A DNA stretch of 64,000 bases from Andalucia godoyi And28 (taxonomy: Eukaryota; Protista; Jakobida), in the NCBI GenBank assembly GCA_009859145.1, contig VRVR01000008.1, positions 359,957-423,956 on the forward strand. Reading direction: 5' to 3'. The notes beneath the pieces are model-generated. The model was not told the origin of the DNA and searched no databases. It saw nothing but the letters and a program-made list of their open reading frames with translations. Positions 40,025 through 51,200 of this stretch are shown here, piece after piece (position 1 is the first letter of the stretch; every line of letters begins with the position of its first letter). The translations under genes were made by a program, and so were the position numbers.

Positions 40025-42379
40025 TTAAAACATGTTCTTCAGACGGTCATTCTCTTCACGAAGCATCTTGACTTCGCTGACCAGAGAACGCAGGACGGGT
40101 CCAACCATGCGCTCGATCATGTCTTCCAGCTGATCTTGCTGTGTGGCGAATTGGCGAAGCAGCTCCAGATGCATATTCTGAACATCGCTGTGCAACTGTT
40201 CGCGAAGGCCAACCATCGCATCTTCCATAGTCGATGATAGCAGGGATATCATCATGTCGGAGCTCTGCGCATTCAGCGAAGGAACAGATTGACCAGCCCC
40301 GAGATGCTGGGGCTGTTGAACTGGCAAATGCTGCTGTTGCTGCTGCTGCGGGGTAAGTGAATGGAATGACAATGGAACCGGCGATATGGAGGAGCCTGCC
40401 AAGGTGCTCGGCTCGTGCGGCAGTGGGGTACCAGGAGTTGCAGACGACGCCTGGCTCACACCAGCACTAGCACTAGCACTTGCGCTTGCACTCATATCAT
40501 GACCGTGGGGTGCAAGAGGCGACGCAGTCTTCTTCACGGGAGAATAATGCATCGCATGCTGCCGCTCGGGAATCACGGTCTGCGACGAGGACAGCACAGC
40601 AGCGCCAGTACCAGCGGGCCTGGACAGCGGAGATACAATGTTCGAGGACGCAGCCACAGAGGAAGAATACGGAGCGGTGGTGGCCGCATCAGCCATCGAT
40701 GCAGAAGAAGGCGCACTGTTCTTCACCGGTGAAAACAAGTCTGTCTTTCTTGGCGCTGAAGTAGCGGAGGATGACAGTGCTGATGCCGATGTGGACGACG
40801 GCGGCGGAAGGGACGCAGATCCCACCGCAGCTCGCGAGGTACCGGTCGAAGCAGCTGTCGACGAATATGGGCTCACTGCAGCGTGCTCTCGGACGGGAGC
40901 CGCATCGGTTGCAGGCTGCAACACTGATGTGCTTTCTGTCGCCTTGGAAACAGGTGCCTTGACCGGAGAGAACAAACTTGTGAGAGATGCAGCACCAGCA
41001 CCAACACCAGCACCAGCACCAGCACCAGCACCAGCAGACGAAGAAGAGTTCGTTTTGGGACCACCATCCACAAGGGACGATGACGACAACGCACCATGTG
41101 ATGAAACGGCCGATCCCGCTGCGCCGCCTGCTGTGGACGTCGAAGAAGCGGGAACAGCTACCAACGACATGGGCACATCCGGACGGATCCATTCTTCGCG
41201 CTCCTTTGCGACGCCCGGCACGGGCTTCGCATCAGATGCCACTGCAAGGCCTCCAACCACCATGGATCCGCCGTTGGTATCAAAGATGTTCAGCGCACTC
41301 GACGGCGCACCTGGAGCGCTCGACGTCGCGGCCTTTCGCAAATCATATACGTACGCTCGTCCATTCTCTCTTCGGGAGAGCAAGACAATATGTGCACCAT
41401 CTTCGAGAAAGCATGCCGATGAGATGGGGCCCGGTGGATGGTGCAGCGTCTTCACGATTTTTCTGAGTGAAGTGTCGAAGAATACGCACTTTCCATCCAG
41501 TCCCGTTGAGAACGCGAGGAGATTGTTCACTGGAGAATGGTGCACAGCAGACAGCGGAGTGCCTGGTGTGTGCGGTGACGGAATTGGCAGCACCGAGACA
41601 GTCGCTGAGGACAATCCAGCCGCGTACAAATCAAGCGAGAGAATGTGTCCAGCGTCTGTGGCAATCAGAAAGACGCCGCGCCGGTACGGGGACGACGACA
41701 TAGCCGAGACTCCGCCTACCTGAATCGCTGGAACAGCTGATTCGCTGGAATTCATCACTAAGCTCCTTGACAAGCTGTAAGAATGCAGACGGCCAGTCGC
41801 AACAACGTAAACCCACACGCTGCCGTCCGAGTCGCCAATCACCAGATGCTCTCCGGCGCGGTCCCAGGCAACCGCGGTTGCACGTCGATCCCATGAAAAC
41901 GGAGAGAACTGACGAATCGGCTTTCTCGGAGTTGCCTTTAAATTCCAAATCACAACATTCGTCCCTGCGTACACAACCGCGAGATATCGATTCTGCGGCG
42001 AAAACGAAACCAACAACGCTTCATTCCCGTTTCCACCTTTCGCACCATCCAACGCCGCTGAAAACGGCGGGAAGAGCGTGTCGAGAACAGTTCCTGACTG
42101 CGCATGCACAAGCACTGTACTGCCACTCGACAATGAGACGGCGATCATTGCAGCATCCTTTTCTGCATTCGAAGCCGAGGTCGCAGTCGCAGACGAGGAT
42201 GACGACGAGGATGCGGGCGCTGCGGACGACTGTGAATGAGAGACACGCGCGCACGTCGGGGCAGACGAAAGCGCAAGTGCATATGTCCGGGACACAGAAA
42301 GCGAACCTGTGGACGACGGCTGAGACGCTGTATACCCCGAAAGGGAGTTGGATCCAAGTACAAACAGTGAAAGCGACAT
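40025..42379 (-). CDS. NEDD1: NEDD1/GCP-WD gamma-tubulin complex targeting factor
   Basis: N-terminal WD40 repeats, a Ser/Ala-rich linker, and the C-terminal helix LREQLHSDVQNMHLELLRQF...EVKMLREENDRLKNMF typical of NEDD1. Confidence 0.88.
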   Translation of the reverse strand: MSLSLFVLGSNSLSGYTASQPSSTGSLSVSRTYALALSSAPTCARVSHSQSSAAPASSSSSSSATATSASNAEKDAAMIAVSLSSGSTVLVHAQSGTVLDTLFPPFSAALDGAKGGNGNEALLVSFSPQNRYLAVVYAGTNVVIWNLKATPRKPIRQFSPFSWDRRATAVAWDRAGEHLVIGDSDGSVWVYVVATGRLHSYSLSRSLVMNSSESAVPAIQVGGVSAMSSSPYRRGVFLIATDAGHILSLDLYAAGLSSATVSVLPIPSPHTPGTPLSAVHHSPVNNLLAFSTGLDGKCVFFDTSLRKIVKTLHHPPGPISSACFLEDGAHIVLLSRRENGRAYVYDLRKAATSSAPGAPSSALNIFDTNGGSMVVGGLAVASDAKPVPGVAKEREEWIRPDVPMSLVAVPASSTSTAGGAAGSAVSSHGALSSSSLVDGGPKTNSSSSAGAGAGAGAGVGAGAASLTSLFSPVKAPVSKATESTSVLQPATDAAPVREHAAVSPYSSTAASTGTSRAAVGSASLPPPSSTSASALSSSATSAPRKTDLFSPVKNSAPSSASMADAATTAPYSSSVAASSNIVSPLSRPAGTGAAVLSSSQTVIPERQHAMHYSPVKKTASPLAPHGHDMSASASASASAGVSQASSATPGTPLPHEPSTLAGSSISPVPLSFHSLTPQQQQQQHLPVQQPQHLGAGQSVPSLNAQSSDMMISLLSSTMEDAMVGLREQLHSDVQNMHLELLRQFATQQDQLEDMIERMVGPVLRSLVSEVKMLREENDRLKNMF

Positions 42380-42809
42380 TCTTTGGGGGGGATTTCAGAT
42401 TACTACGCTTTGAAATTAGTTGCTTCTTTTTCCCTCCCAGGCTTTTCTTCTTTCTTCTTTCTTCTTTCTTCTTTCTTCTCCTTGCCTCTATTGAATATAC
42501 GAAATTTCTGTTTACCGAAAATTGAAAGTAACAAAGAGAGAATGAAATCTTATCAAACGAGGGGGGAACTGAAGGAGAAAAGCTGAGAGCTGAATTGGGT
42601 GAGAGATGCAGAAAGTGCAACATACGAAAAACGGGTCGGCGGGAATATTTTACAGCGGCTCAAAAACAGGAGTCTCGTTTTCCGCTCGCCAAAAGTCCAT
42701 CGGCTAGGTTGCCCTCGAAGACAGATCCAAGCCAAGCGTTTTTATTTGGAGGGCGAGCACCAACTCTTCAATGCAGATTGCTCTGCATCAAAGGGTCATC
42801 GCAACCACG

Positions 42810-43078
42810 AGTTCCTTGGTTCTCGGTATCTGCGGACATGGCCGGTTTGAGTTTGTCGGCAAAATCCCCTTTGGAGCCATGCGATGTTTTGTCGTTGATG
42901 CGATGCTGCTTGAGGGATCGATTATAAAAAAACGAACAAACAAACAGAAAGAACAACAGAAAGAATGATGAATAGCGAAGAATGAAGAAATCCTGAACTT
43001 CACGACGGCAGGAACATCGCGTTCTCATAAGAATAGGCAAACAAAACTTCCAGTATAATGTTGTTTGTTTGATGTTCA
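42810..43078 (-). repeat. Dispersed repeat family 2, copy B (inverted relative to copy A)
   Basis: Exact blocks at 42815-42831, 42844-42856, 42974-42991 and 43065-43078 match 4260-4276, 4235-4247, 4081-4098 and 4037-4050. Confidence 0.85.
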
Positions 43079-43337
43079 TACACAAAACGGTCAATCGCTC
43101 CGCTGCTGTACCGAGTTTGGAGCAATGGTTAAACAGGGGATGCATCAGATTTTTGGTCTACGGAAATTACACAAGGATGCAGAGGGACACATGAACCCAA
43201 CCAGCAGTCCGTCATAAATAATATGGAGAGACAGAGGGAGAGAGAGGGGAGAGAGAGGGGAGAGAGAGGGGAGAGAGAGGTAATAAGAATTAATAAAAAA
43301 TAAAAAAGACAACACAATTCAAGGGACATTCCTCGAT

Positions 43338-44627
43338 CTACTTTTTGAGCTTCCAGAACTTTGCCTTGAGAATCGCATCAAGCAGCGGTCTCCACTTCTT
43401 CTTCTTTTCTGCATCCAGCGTTCCCAATCTTGCGATCAGAGCATTTTGAAGGGCCTTGAGCGACTCCATGATGTGCATGTTGACGTCGTTCGGGAGCCTT
43501 GGGTACAAGCTCTTGACGTCTTTCAGCGCCGACGCCGACCCAGATGACGCAGTTGATGAAGCGTTCGTGCTGCTTCCTTCGGCAGACGAGGGGTCTGATT
43601 TCTTGAGCCCCCAATACGAAGCTTCATTCGACTTGTAATTTTCCGAGCCAATGATGAATGCAGCGACAGACGCAATGGCTTCAAGGGTATGTATAGAAAA
43701 GACTCGCTTCGGTTCATCAAACAATGCCATGTCCACACATCCTCGTAAGATTGCATACTGCTCAAACAACTGAAGCACGCGACTTTCGTAGCTCGTCATG
43801 AGCTCCATATTCGAGACGAGATGCATGAGAAACAGAAGCGAGTATGTGGCGGGAGAGTCGTCGTTCCTTGCCATCCAGTCATAACGCATCGAAACACTCG
43901 TTGCACCATGCGACTGCTGCTGTGCGGGCGCGAGCTTGTACACGACTGCGTAGTATGGCTGCAAGACAGAGAAGAACATGTGCGCTGCATACTCGACCAA
44001 CAGAGTCAGATCAATTGTCTGGCATCCTTCGACGGACCGAAGCACGACTTCCATCAATGCACACAAATCATGCTCGTATCTTCTTCCAAGAGGCTCAAAC
44101 ACCGTCGGGTTCGACGCAACCTGCCGTAGGGCTTCCTCTGTCGACGCATATGCCGCATAGTCGACCAAAAGCCGCAACAGCAGATTGACTTTTCCCTCTT
44201 CGAGCAGATACCGAACCGAGATCTCCTGCGAGTCCCACAGGCTCTGTTTCACCGCCGATTGTGGAGACGACCCGCTACTCTTTCCCCGAAACAATATCCT
44301 TGCATCAATTCCAACTTGCCGCTGACTGCTGCTACCATTGGCGGCGGCAGTGTTCGGATGGCTAGGGTCCGGACTTCCTGGACTCGACTGTGAAGCGGGC
44401 GGTGGTTGATGTGTCGCGGCTGCCGAGTGCTCGGAAACTGCAAATGAAGCAATGCAATGAACATCCGTCTGCACTTCCATCCAATGTGGTGAAAACGGCT
44501 CATGCAGCGCCAGCGATCGTATGTGCGAACGAAGCTCCGTTGCAAGCCGACGATTCAGGGACGAAACTGCCGCATCGATGCCATCGCCAGAAGCCGATGT
44601 TGCATATGCAGACTCGCGGGAAAACAT
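43338..44627 (-). CDS. Helical protein resembling the N-terminal domain of ZMYND10, with no MYND finger
   Basis: IRSL..HEPFSPHW, YLLEEGKVNLLLRLL and YEHDLCALMEVVLRSVEGC...LLVEY parallel recalled ZMYND10 segments; the C-terminus has no Cys-rich finger; 429 aa. Confidence 0.5.
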   Translation of the reverse strand: MFSRESAYATSASGDGIDAAVSSLNRRLATELRSHIRSLALHEPFSPHWMEVQTDVHCIASFAVSEHSAAATHQPPPASQSSPGSPDPSHPNTAAANGSSSQRQVGIDARILFRGKSSGSSPQSAVKQSLWDSQEISVRYLLEEGKVNLLLRLLVDYAAYASTEEALRQVASNPTVFEPLGRRYEHDLCALMEVVLRSVEGCQTIDLTLLVEYAAHMFFSVLQPYYAVVYKLAPAQQQSHGATSVSMRYDWMARNDDSPATYSLLFLMHLVSNMELMTSYESRVLQLFEQYAILRGCVDMALFDEPKRVFSIHTLEAIASVAAFIIGSENYKSNEASYWGLKKSDPSSAEGSSTNASSTASSGSASALKDVKSLYPRLPNDVNMHIMESLKALQNALIARLGTLDAEKKKKWRPLLDAILKAKFWKLKK

Positions 44628-44780
44628 GTCCGTGTCTTATAAACTTTTTTTTCCCTCTTTTCTTTTTCTTTCTTTTTGGCGCACGCGCGCGTGTTGATAT
44701 TCCGTTGACAGAGAGCGTTCACGGCAATGGAAAAAGAAAAAAGAAAAGAAAGAAAAGAAAAGAAAAGAGACTTTTATGAT

Positions 44781-45023
44781 CTAGGACTTCGGCTTTGGTC
44801 CCCAAGCGACATATGGCTTGAGCCCATCTACGACGGGCGCGACATCAAAGACAGGAAGCTCGGATTTGTCGACTGTAAAGCCACCCCACCGCGTGACGAC
44901 TCCAGGCTTGATGGTGCCTGTGCCCTTGTAGTACCTGCGATTTGCGAATTTCGATGAAAGATTCACCATGCGCTGTGAATTGGAAAACTTTCCAAACAGC
45001 ACGCCGGTCGATCGAAATAGCAT
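44781..45023 (-). CDS. MRPL41: Mitochondrial ribosomal protein mL41
   Basis: LSSKFANRRYYKGTG...G..TRWGGF.VD....P.F.V.......LKPYV; ATG at 45023 directly after an acceptor-like CCGCAG. Confidence 0.85.
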   Translation of the reverse strand: MLFRSTGVLFGKFSNSQRMVNLSSKFANRRYYKGTGTIKPGVVTRWGGFTVDKSELPVFDVAPVVDGLKPYVAWGPKPKS

Positions 45024-45369
45024 TTCCAAGCCTGCGGTAAACAAACCCGAAAAAGAAGAATCTGAAGAAGAAAAAAAAAAGAAGAAGAAGAAGAAGAAGA
45101 AGAAGGGAAAAATAACAATAAAAATTCCTATCTTTTCGTTTTCCTTCTCTCCTGTTGTCCTTCTTTCCTTCTTTCTTTTCGCTCCCCTTGAGTTCGCAGT
45201 TTACAGAGCAATCAAGAAGAGAGAAACTCCAACGGGTCCTGTGTCAGCAAGCTGTCATTCGCCGGATCTTTTTTCCTTGCTATTTTTTAGATACAGAATA
45301 ACCGAGCGTTATTAGAATATTCCAGTGGGGGAAAACGTACGCTGAAAACACGAGTTCTTTTTTTCTTCC

Positions 45370-46098
45370 ATGTGCGAATCGCAAGCAGCAAAAAAAGGGA
45401 TGAACTCAAGGTTCCTTCGGCCGCTGCTTCATTCCTTTGAGTATGTCAGCCACGCAAGTGCACTCTGCAGATCGGCCTGTTTGTTTGCGGGTGCGACTGG
45501 CCATCCCAGCTCATGCAGGTTCCATTCCACTACAACGGCGCGAATGTCGTCCTACCGAGGAGGCGGTCCGAAGCGCAATCATGAAATCGCTGCAAACACG
45601 GTGACACTTGTTGATGTATCGGGGACGTCGCTGGGCCCGCATTCCTTGGGGTTTGCGCTCCAGAAAGCACAGCAGGCAAACTATGATCTCGTCGAAGTCG
45701 ACTCGGCAGCGACTCCGTACCCTGTCTGCCGGCTTGTTGATCGAGAAAAGGCAAAGGCCGTTGCACAGACAAAGGAGGAACACAAAACTGCAAGGACACA
45801 CAAAACGAAACTGAAGGAAATCCGGGTGGCAACCGGGTGTGCATCGCATGATTTGCAGATTAAGCTGGGAAGGATGAAGGAGTTTCTTGGAAAGGGAGAC
45901 CAGGTTCGCGTCTCTGTTAGCGGCAAGGACCCGAATGAAATAAGTGCGCTGATCGAGGAAATCAAGGAACCGTGGAAAATCGTCAAGGGGATCAAGATGG
46001 ACGATAAGAAGAACGACGAAGGGACCAAGACCAGAAGCATCCTGTTCTCTGCGAGCTCTGTGTATCGACAAGCGCTAGAACGCGACAAAGCATCGTGA
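45370..46098 (+). CDS. MTIF3: Mitochondrial translation initiation factor IF-3
   Basis: Presequence-like N-terminus; RNHEI...VTLVD..G..LG...AL..AQ...YDLVEV...PVCRL, KLKEIRV, HDLQIK....EFL.KGD.VRVSV. Start is at 45370 or 45400. Confidence 0.85.
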   Translation: MCESQAAKKGMNSRFLRPLLHSFEYVSHASALCRSACLFAGATGHPSSCRFHSTTTARMSSYRGGGPKRNHEIAANTVTLVDVSGTSLGPHSLGFALQKAQQANYDLVEVDSAATPYPVCRLVDREKAKAVAQTKEEHKTARTHKTKLKEIRVATGCASHDLQIKLGRMKEFLGKGDQVRVSVSGKDPNEISALIEEIKEPWKIVKGIKMDDKKNDEGTKTRSILFSASSVYRQALERDKAS

Positions 46099-46311
46099 AA
46101 ACTGCGGAGGGGAACGGGGAGGAGGGAAAAAAAAATAGAAGTAAACACAGCACACAGTCTGCACTGTGATTTGCAGAAAAGGGCTGTTGCGTCAATGAAG
46201 ACCGTCGAAGACCCGCCTTTCCTATGGATGATCCAGGGTGCGCCATCAACATGAAATCAAATACGGTGTTTTATGGTAGCGTGGAGGGGGTGCCGGGTCA
46301 GCGACAGGACA

Positions 46312-47787
46312 TTACTGAGTATACCACTTCTGCAAGAGTGCACGGATGGTGGACCGTGCGGCCTTGAGACCCGGGAGGTCCGTGTCTCGCTCCGGATACA
46401 AATCCGCGCAGTGCGCGGTTCCTTCAATTGGTATGGCAACCGAGTCGCCGGAAACAGGCGACTTGACGCACCACGTGGACCAGGGATCAACAGATCCTGA
46501 AGGGAACACAATGTTTGACGTGGGAATCTCGAAGCCGAGGTAGTACTGATTCGTAATCGCGTCATAATTTGGCGTCAGTGCCTTTCCATAAACGTCTGCA
46601 AAGAACCGGGAGAAGTAGTCCGAGGTCAAGTAGTTCGAGAACGGGCATCCATCCTGCTCGACACAGTACTGTGCCCATCCAAACTCGCGGGCGGTCTGGA
46701 TTGTCCAAGACCATCCAGCATTTGGCCACGGCGTCATGATCTCATCCAAACTGGACTTGTAGGAAACCTCGTTGCAGGAGATTCCTTCGCGCTGGTTGAA
46801 TGCATAAGTAAACGCTGCAAAGTTGGCCAGCGGACCCTGCGCGGGGTTTGTCATCATCTCGCACATTTCCTGAATCTGGAAAGGCTGGTAGTTGTTGTTG
46901 TCCAATGCGTACTGCACAACTCCAGATGGTGCGTCCACCAGGTTTCCAAAGAATGTCGCCAGATCCAAGGGGTCCGAGTTCAACGTCAGAGGATGGCAAG
47001 TGTTGAACATGCGGTTGATCGAATCGATTCCCGTTTGTGTCTTCAAGGAGTCTTCGATGAGGGAAGAGGCCTGGGCAAACGCCTTGGCACACTCCGGACC
47101 CGCAGAATTTGCAACGACTTCCAAATACTGGGGGAACTGGAAGGACGCCTGCACAGGACCCGATGAAGCGAGGGCGCCAACAAACAAGTTGGGCAGCTTT
47201 TCTCTCGTCCATGCAGCCAGAGCACCTGAATACGATCCCCCCGCCACGATCCATCGAGTCGAAGCAGGTAGTTTGTACAGCGCTGAGAAATACGGATGGA
47301 ACGACTGAATGTCATAGATCGCTTGTTTTGACGAAATGTAGTCTGCGTCGGCAGGAGTCGAGTCCTTCGGATAGCTCTCTCCATACCAGCGATGTTCAAG
47401 GCACACAATGATTGCTGAGAACTCGCGAGCGTACTCAGAAAGCACAAAGTGGGAGCCGACCGATGCGGCGCTCTCGGGGCCCTCGCCGCCCAACAGCAGC
47501 AGCACTCGAGGAGCCACAGCATTGTAGAAAGAGCTGTTGACATAGAACTTTTGCTGGAATGTGCGTGTATTGGTAGGGTCAAAATGATCAACCACCTGTG
47601 TGAAATACTGTGCTGGCGCAACATCAGCCACATTCACGGAATCGAGTCCGCGCATCCGCAGTCCGCGGTGAAGCTTGCTTTCAAACTTGCGTCCACTGCG
47701 GACAGCTGGAGACCCAAGCACGTAGTCCGGACAGAGCGCGGCACACAGCAGCAGCAATGCGCTAACAACAGCCAAATTTCGATGCAT
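46312..47787 (-). CDS. Secreted/lysosomal serine carboxypeptidase, family S28
   Basis: Signal peptide from MHRNLAVV (47787); YFTQ.VDHF, LEHRWYGES, catalytic GGSYSG, GSVDPW and GTAHCADL. Confidence 0.92.
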   Translation of the reverse strand: MHRNLAVVSALLLLCAALCPDYVLGSPAVRSGRKFESKLHRGLRMRGLDSVNVADVAPAQYFTQVVDHFDPTNTRTFQQKFYVNSSFYNAVAPRVLLLLGGEGPESAASVGSHFVLSEYAREFSAIIVCLEHRWYGESYPKDSTPADADYISSKQAIYDIQSFHPYFSALYKLPASTRWIVAGGSYSGALAAWTREKLPNLFVGALASSGPVQASFQFPQYLEVVANSAGPECAKAFAQASSLIEDSLKTQTGIDSINRMFNTCHPLTLNSDPLDLATFFGNLVDAPSGVVQYALDNNNYQPFQIQEMCEMMTNPAQGPLANFAAFTYAFNQREGISCNEVSYKSSLDEIMTPWPNAGWSWTIQTAREFGWAQYCVEQDGCPFSNYLTSDYFSRFFADVYGKALTPNYDAITNQYYLGFEIPTSNIVFPSGSVDPWSTWCVKSPVSGDSVAIPIEGTAHCADLYPERDTDLPGLKAARSTIRALLQKWYTQ

Positions 47788-48212
47788 CGAACGTCGCTGA
47801 TTTCGAAAAATACGAAAACTCAAATGAAGAAAGAACCCAAGAACCAAAAGAAGCGCAGCGGAAGAAATAATAATAATAATCAAAGAAAAGAAAACCCATT
47901 TGGATTTTCCACAAAGCCAAAACACTGTCTTTTGGGAGATTTCGCGAGTGATGCTGAGAAAACATGATGGAAAAAAAGGCTTGATGCTTGCTGCGGAATG
48001 CAAAAAGATTCCGTCTGTCATTCAATTTCTTCTTCTTCTCTTTGGTTTTTGCGGGCTTTGCGCTCCTGTTTGCGAAGGGGAAACAGTCCATCGTTCCAGC
48101 CTACTCGTTTTCACTCTCTTTTCTCTTTTCTCGTCTTGTTCTGTTCTGTTCTGTTCTGCATGTTTTTCCGTAAGAATACCTTCACAAGAGAGTGTTGTCT
48201 CTTTCTGACCCG

Positions 48213-51200
48213 ATGACGTTGTCGCTGTCCGTTTGCAGACCAGGGCGTTCTGCGGTTGTCAGTCTGCCCTGTCTTCTTCTTTTCCTTCATCTTCTACTAT
48301 CACATCACACTCTGCGAACCGTCGATGGGTACAGCTCGATTAGCTCATTTGACATTTCGTTTGATGGATTCAATGCGCTGGTATCGGCCACTCCTTCGAC
48401 TTCAAGCGTGCTTTCCAGAGTCCCTGCAAAGATTAATCCCACAACTGTCACGCTGTACTCTTTGAATCCGGACACAATGCTGTTTCGACAGATCGGAAAG
48501 CCGCTCAAGAGCCCCGATGTGCTAAAGTCGATGCAGTTTGGATCCAAAGTTGCGACCCGCAGACTTTCGCAGTTCAATGCCTCGCTCTTGGTTACATCTT
48601 CGGACTATGTCAATTCTGGAGAAGGGTTTGCGGGCATCAGCATCTGCACGTATCCGTCAGTGAGTGCTTATGGTGCAAATGCGCAGGCGCTCAATCTAGA
48701 CTGCGCAAATCTCAAGGTGATTTCAAGATGCCCGCTGTACGAGGATGTGCTGAAGAATGAGTGCGTTCTTGACGGCCTTGTGGCGACCACCCCAACAGCC
48801 GTTGTGGCCACGTGCAATAACACTGCCAATTTATGTGTCATTCCGATCCGTAGGCAGTCGCTCATGGATTCGAATGGGTTGTCGGCTGATACCGATGCCA
48901 ATGCGGGTGCCAATGCGGGTGCCAATGCGGGTGCCAATGCGGGTGCGGGTGCGGGTGCGGGTGCGGGTGCGGCGTATTTGCTGGAAATCGCGAGCCTGGC
49001 GACCAATGTCTCCGTCTGCACGGATTCGGCGCCTTTCACCGGAATGTACGCATGGGGAGAAACGATTGCCATGACATCGTGCCTGTCATCCTGCGATGGT
49101 GTCAATCAAGTGTCCGTAGTCGGGTTTGATCTTCCTTCCTTCAACCCAGTGCCGCCGCTCGAGGCGAAATTCCAGTTCACGATCGAGACATTTGGCTCTT
49201 GTACCGGCGCAGCGGCTGCCATCTCGGATCAATTCATGGCTCTGGCATATCCATCCTCGAGTGGAATTGGGATAATTTCATTGTCCACTGGCAAGGTCGT
49301 CACTTCGGTGTACCTCCCAAGCCTCGGTCCGTTCGCAGCCGCGAGCACGGTGATCACTGGATTTGGATCAAGTTTGGCGTTTGTCTCGTCCACGGTTCTC
49401 GCAGTCACGGCTTCCGGCGGATTGGAATTGAGTACTGGAATCACTGGTTCTGGCGCTGTGATTGTGTTTGAGCAAGTAACCCCTGTCGCTGGTGCAGCCC
49501 CCAGGTTCGTGATCACGAACATGGTACCGTCGCTTCTTTATCGATCCACCTCCGACACGTCCTCGGTGTACGTGGGCTCTCCGGGTGTCAGCAATGGCAT
49601 CATTGCTTTTGCTGTGGCCGAGGCGGCAACAGTCACGCCGTACGTCTTGCCGCCATGCGGGGCCGGTCGACAATTTTCCGCAGTGTCGCCGCTTCCTCCT
49701 TCGCAGTTTGGGAATATTGGCGGCGCCTGTGTTCCGTGTCCAGCCGGACAGTATCAGCCTGCCACTTTCCGATATGCACCTTGTTCGCTCTGCCCGTTTG
49801 GAACGTACAGTGCCGCAGAAGGATCGAAATCTGTCCTCTCGTGCATCCCATGTCCACCTGGAAAGCTATGCTCGGACGGCTCTGCAATCCCGCTGAATGC
49901 AGCAACGTATGCGTACCCAGCATTCGTCGACAATGTGAGCCCAGATATGGATAGCACCGATGAAGTGGATCTAGAGGATTCCTTCTTGATTTCTTGTTTC
50001 CCTTATTTCGTTCTTGTGTTTTGCTGCGCTGTCTTTCTGGCCTGTGTCATGGCTATTGCAAGGCCCGCTGACTATAAAGCATCGTTCTCCACTCTGGAGG
50101 GCGAGTCGGAAGTGGTCAGCAAGTCTTGGTACACACGAATCTACGCATGGCTGCTGTCTTGTCGCATGTACTCTCTCGACGAAGAGGATGTCGCAGAAGA
50201 GCATGTGTCCCCTGGTTTCGCGATTTACCTGAAAGTTCTAACTTTTGGTGCAACACTGACATTCATTGGCGTCATTATTCTTTTCGTGTTTTGGTACATT
50301 CAGTTCATTTCCCACGGACTGAACAAATCGCTGGTGTTCTCCGTTGTTACATCTGCCATTTCCGACGTGGATCCCGTGGATTTGGTCGTCCTGGATGCCC
50401 CTTCCATGGACATCGAGGTTGCTTTCCCCTTACCATCTGGCTCTGTGTGTGACACGTCGTATGTACGGACTGCTGTTTCGGGCTGCTACAAGTCCGCAGA
50501 AGGCCGAACACCGTGCGAGGCGATTTCATCGGCATACACTGGTGTTTTTGACTCTGTGAACATTCCGACTCCCATGTGCATCTTTCATTTGATGTTTCCT
50601 GTTGGATCGGTCCTCTTGCCGTCTGCTTTCGTTTCGCTGACTCCCCAGTGGAAGAACGTGACATATCTTCAGTCAGGAATGTTTTTGGTGCCCCAATACT
50701 CATTCCGATATCGCATGAATCCTGGAAATCAGGATACTCTGTATTTTCCGGCGGCTCAAAAGAGGAGTGGCACCGGGAAGTCGTCGACGGCAGTCCAACT
50801 TGTTCCTGCAAACGGCACTGTGATTCAGGGAGCGACAACGGTGTCGCTGTACAGCACGCTGAGTGCGGCGGTGCAGTGCAGCAGTCACTCCGTGGACAAC
50901 TTCCCGACCCTTGCGCGTGCGTCAAAGTCTGTATGCGTGTTGGATCCTCCAAATTCTTTCAAGGAGGTTTCCACCGAAACCATTCAACTCAGTTCTTCTA
51001 CATCGCAGTTATTTTACTTCCCCCTGTTGACCGGATTTAACATATCCGGCGCCACCCCAAGCCTGGAGATTTCGCTCAACAAGCGACCGTTCCTCATTGA
51101 GAAAGATGAGGGTATTTATTTTTCACAGGCGAGTATCATAGTTTTAGTGTTGTTCCTCATACTTGACTGCCATTATTTGTTGGAGGTGTCGATCATTATC

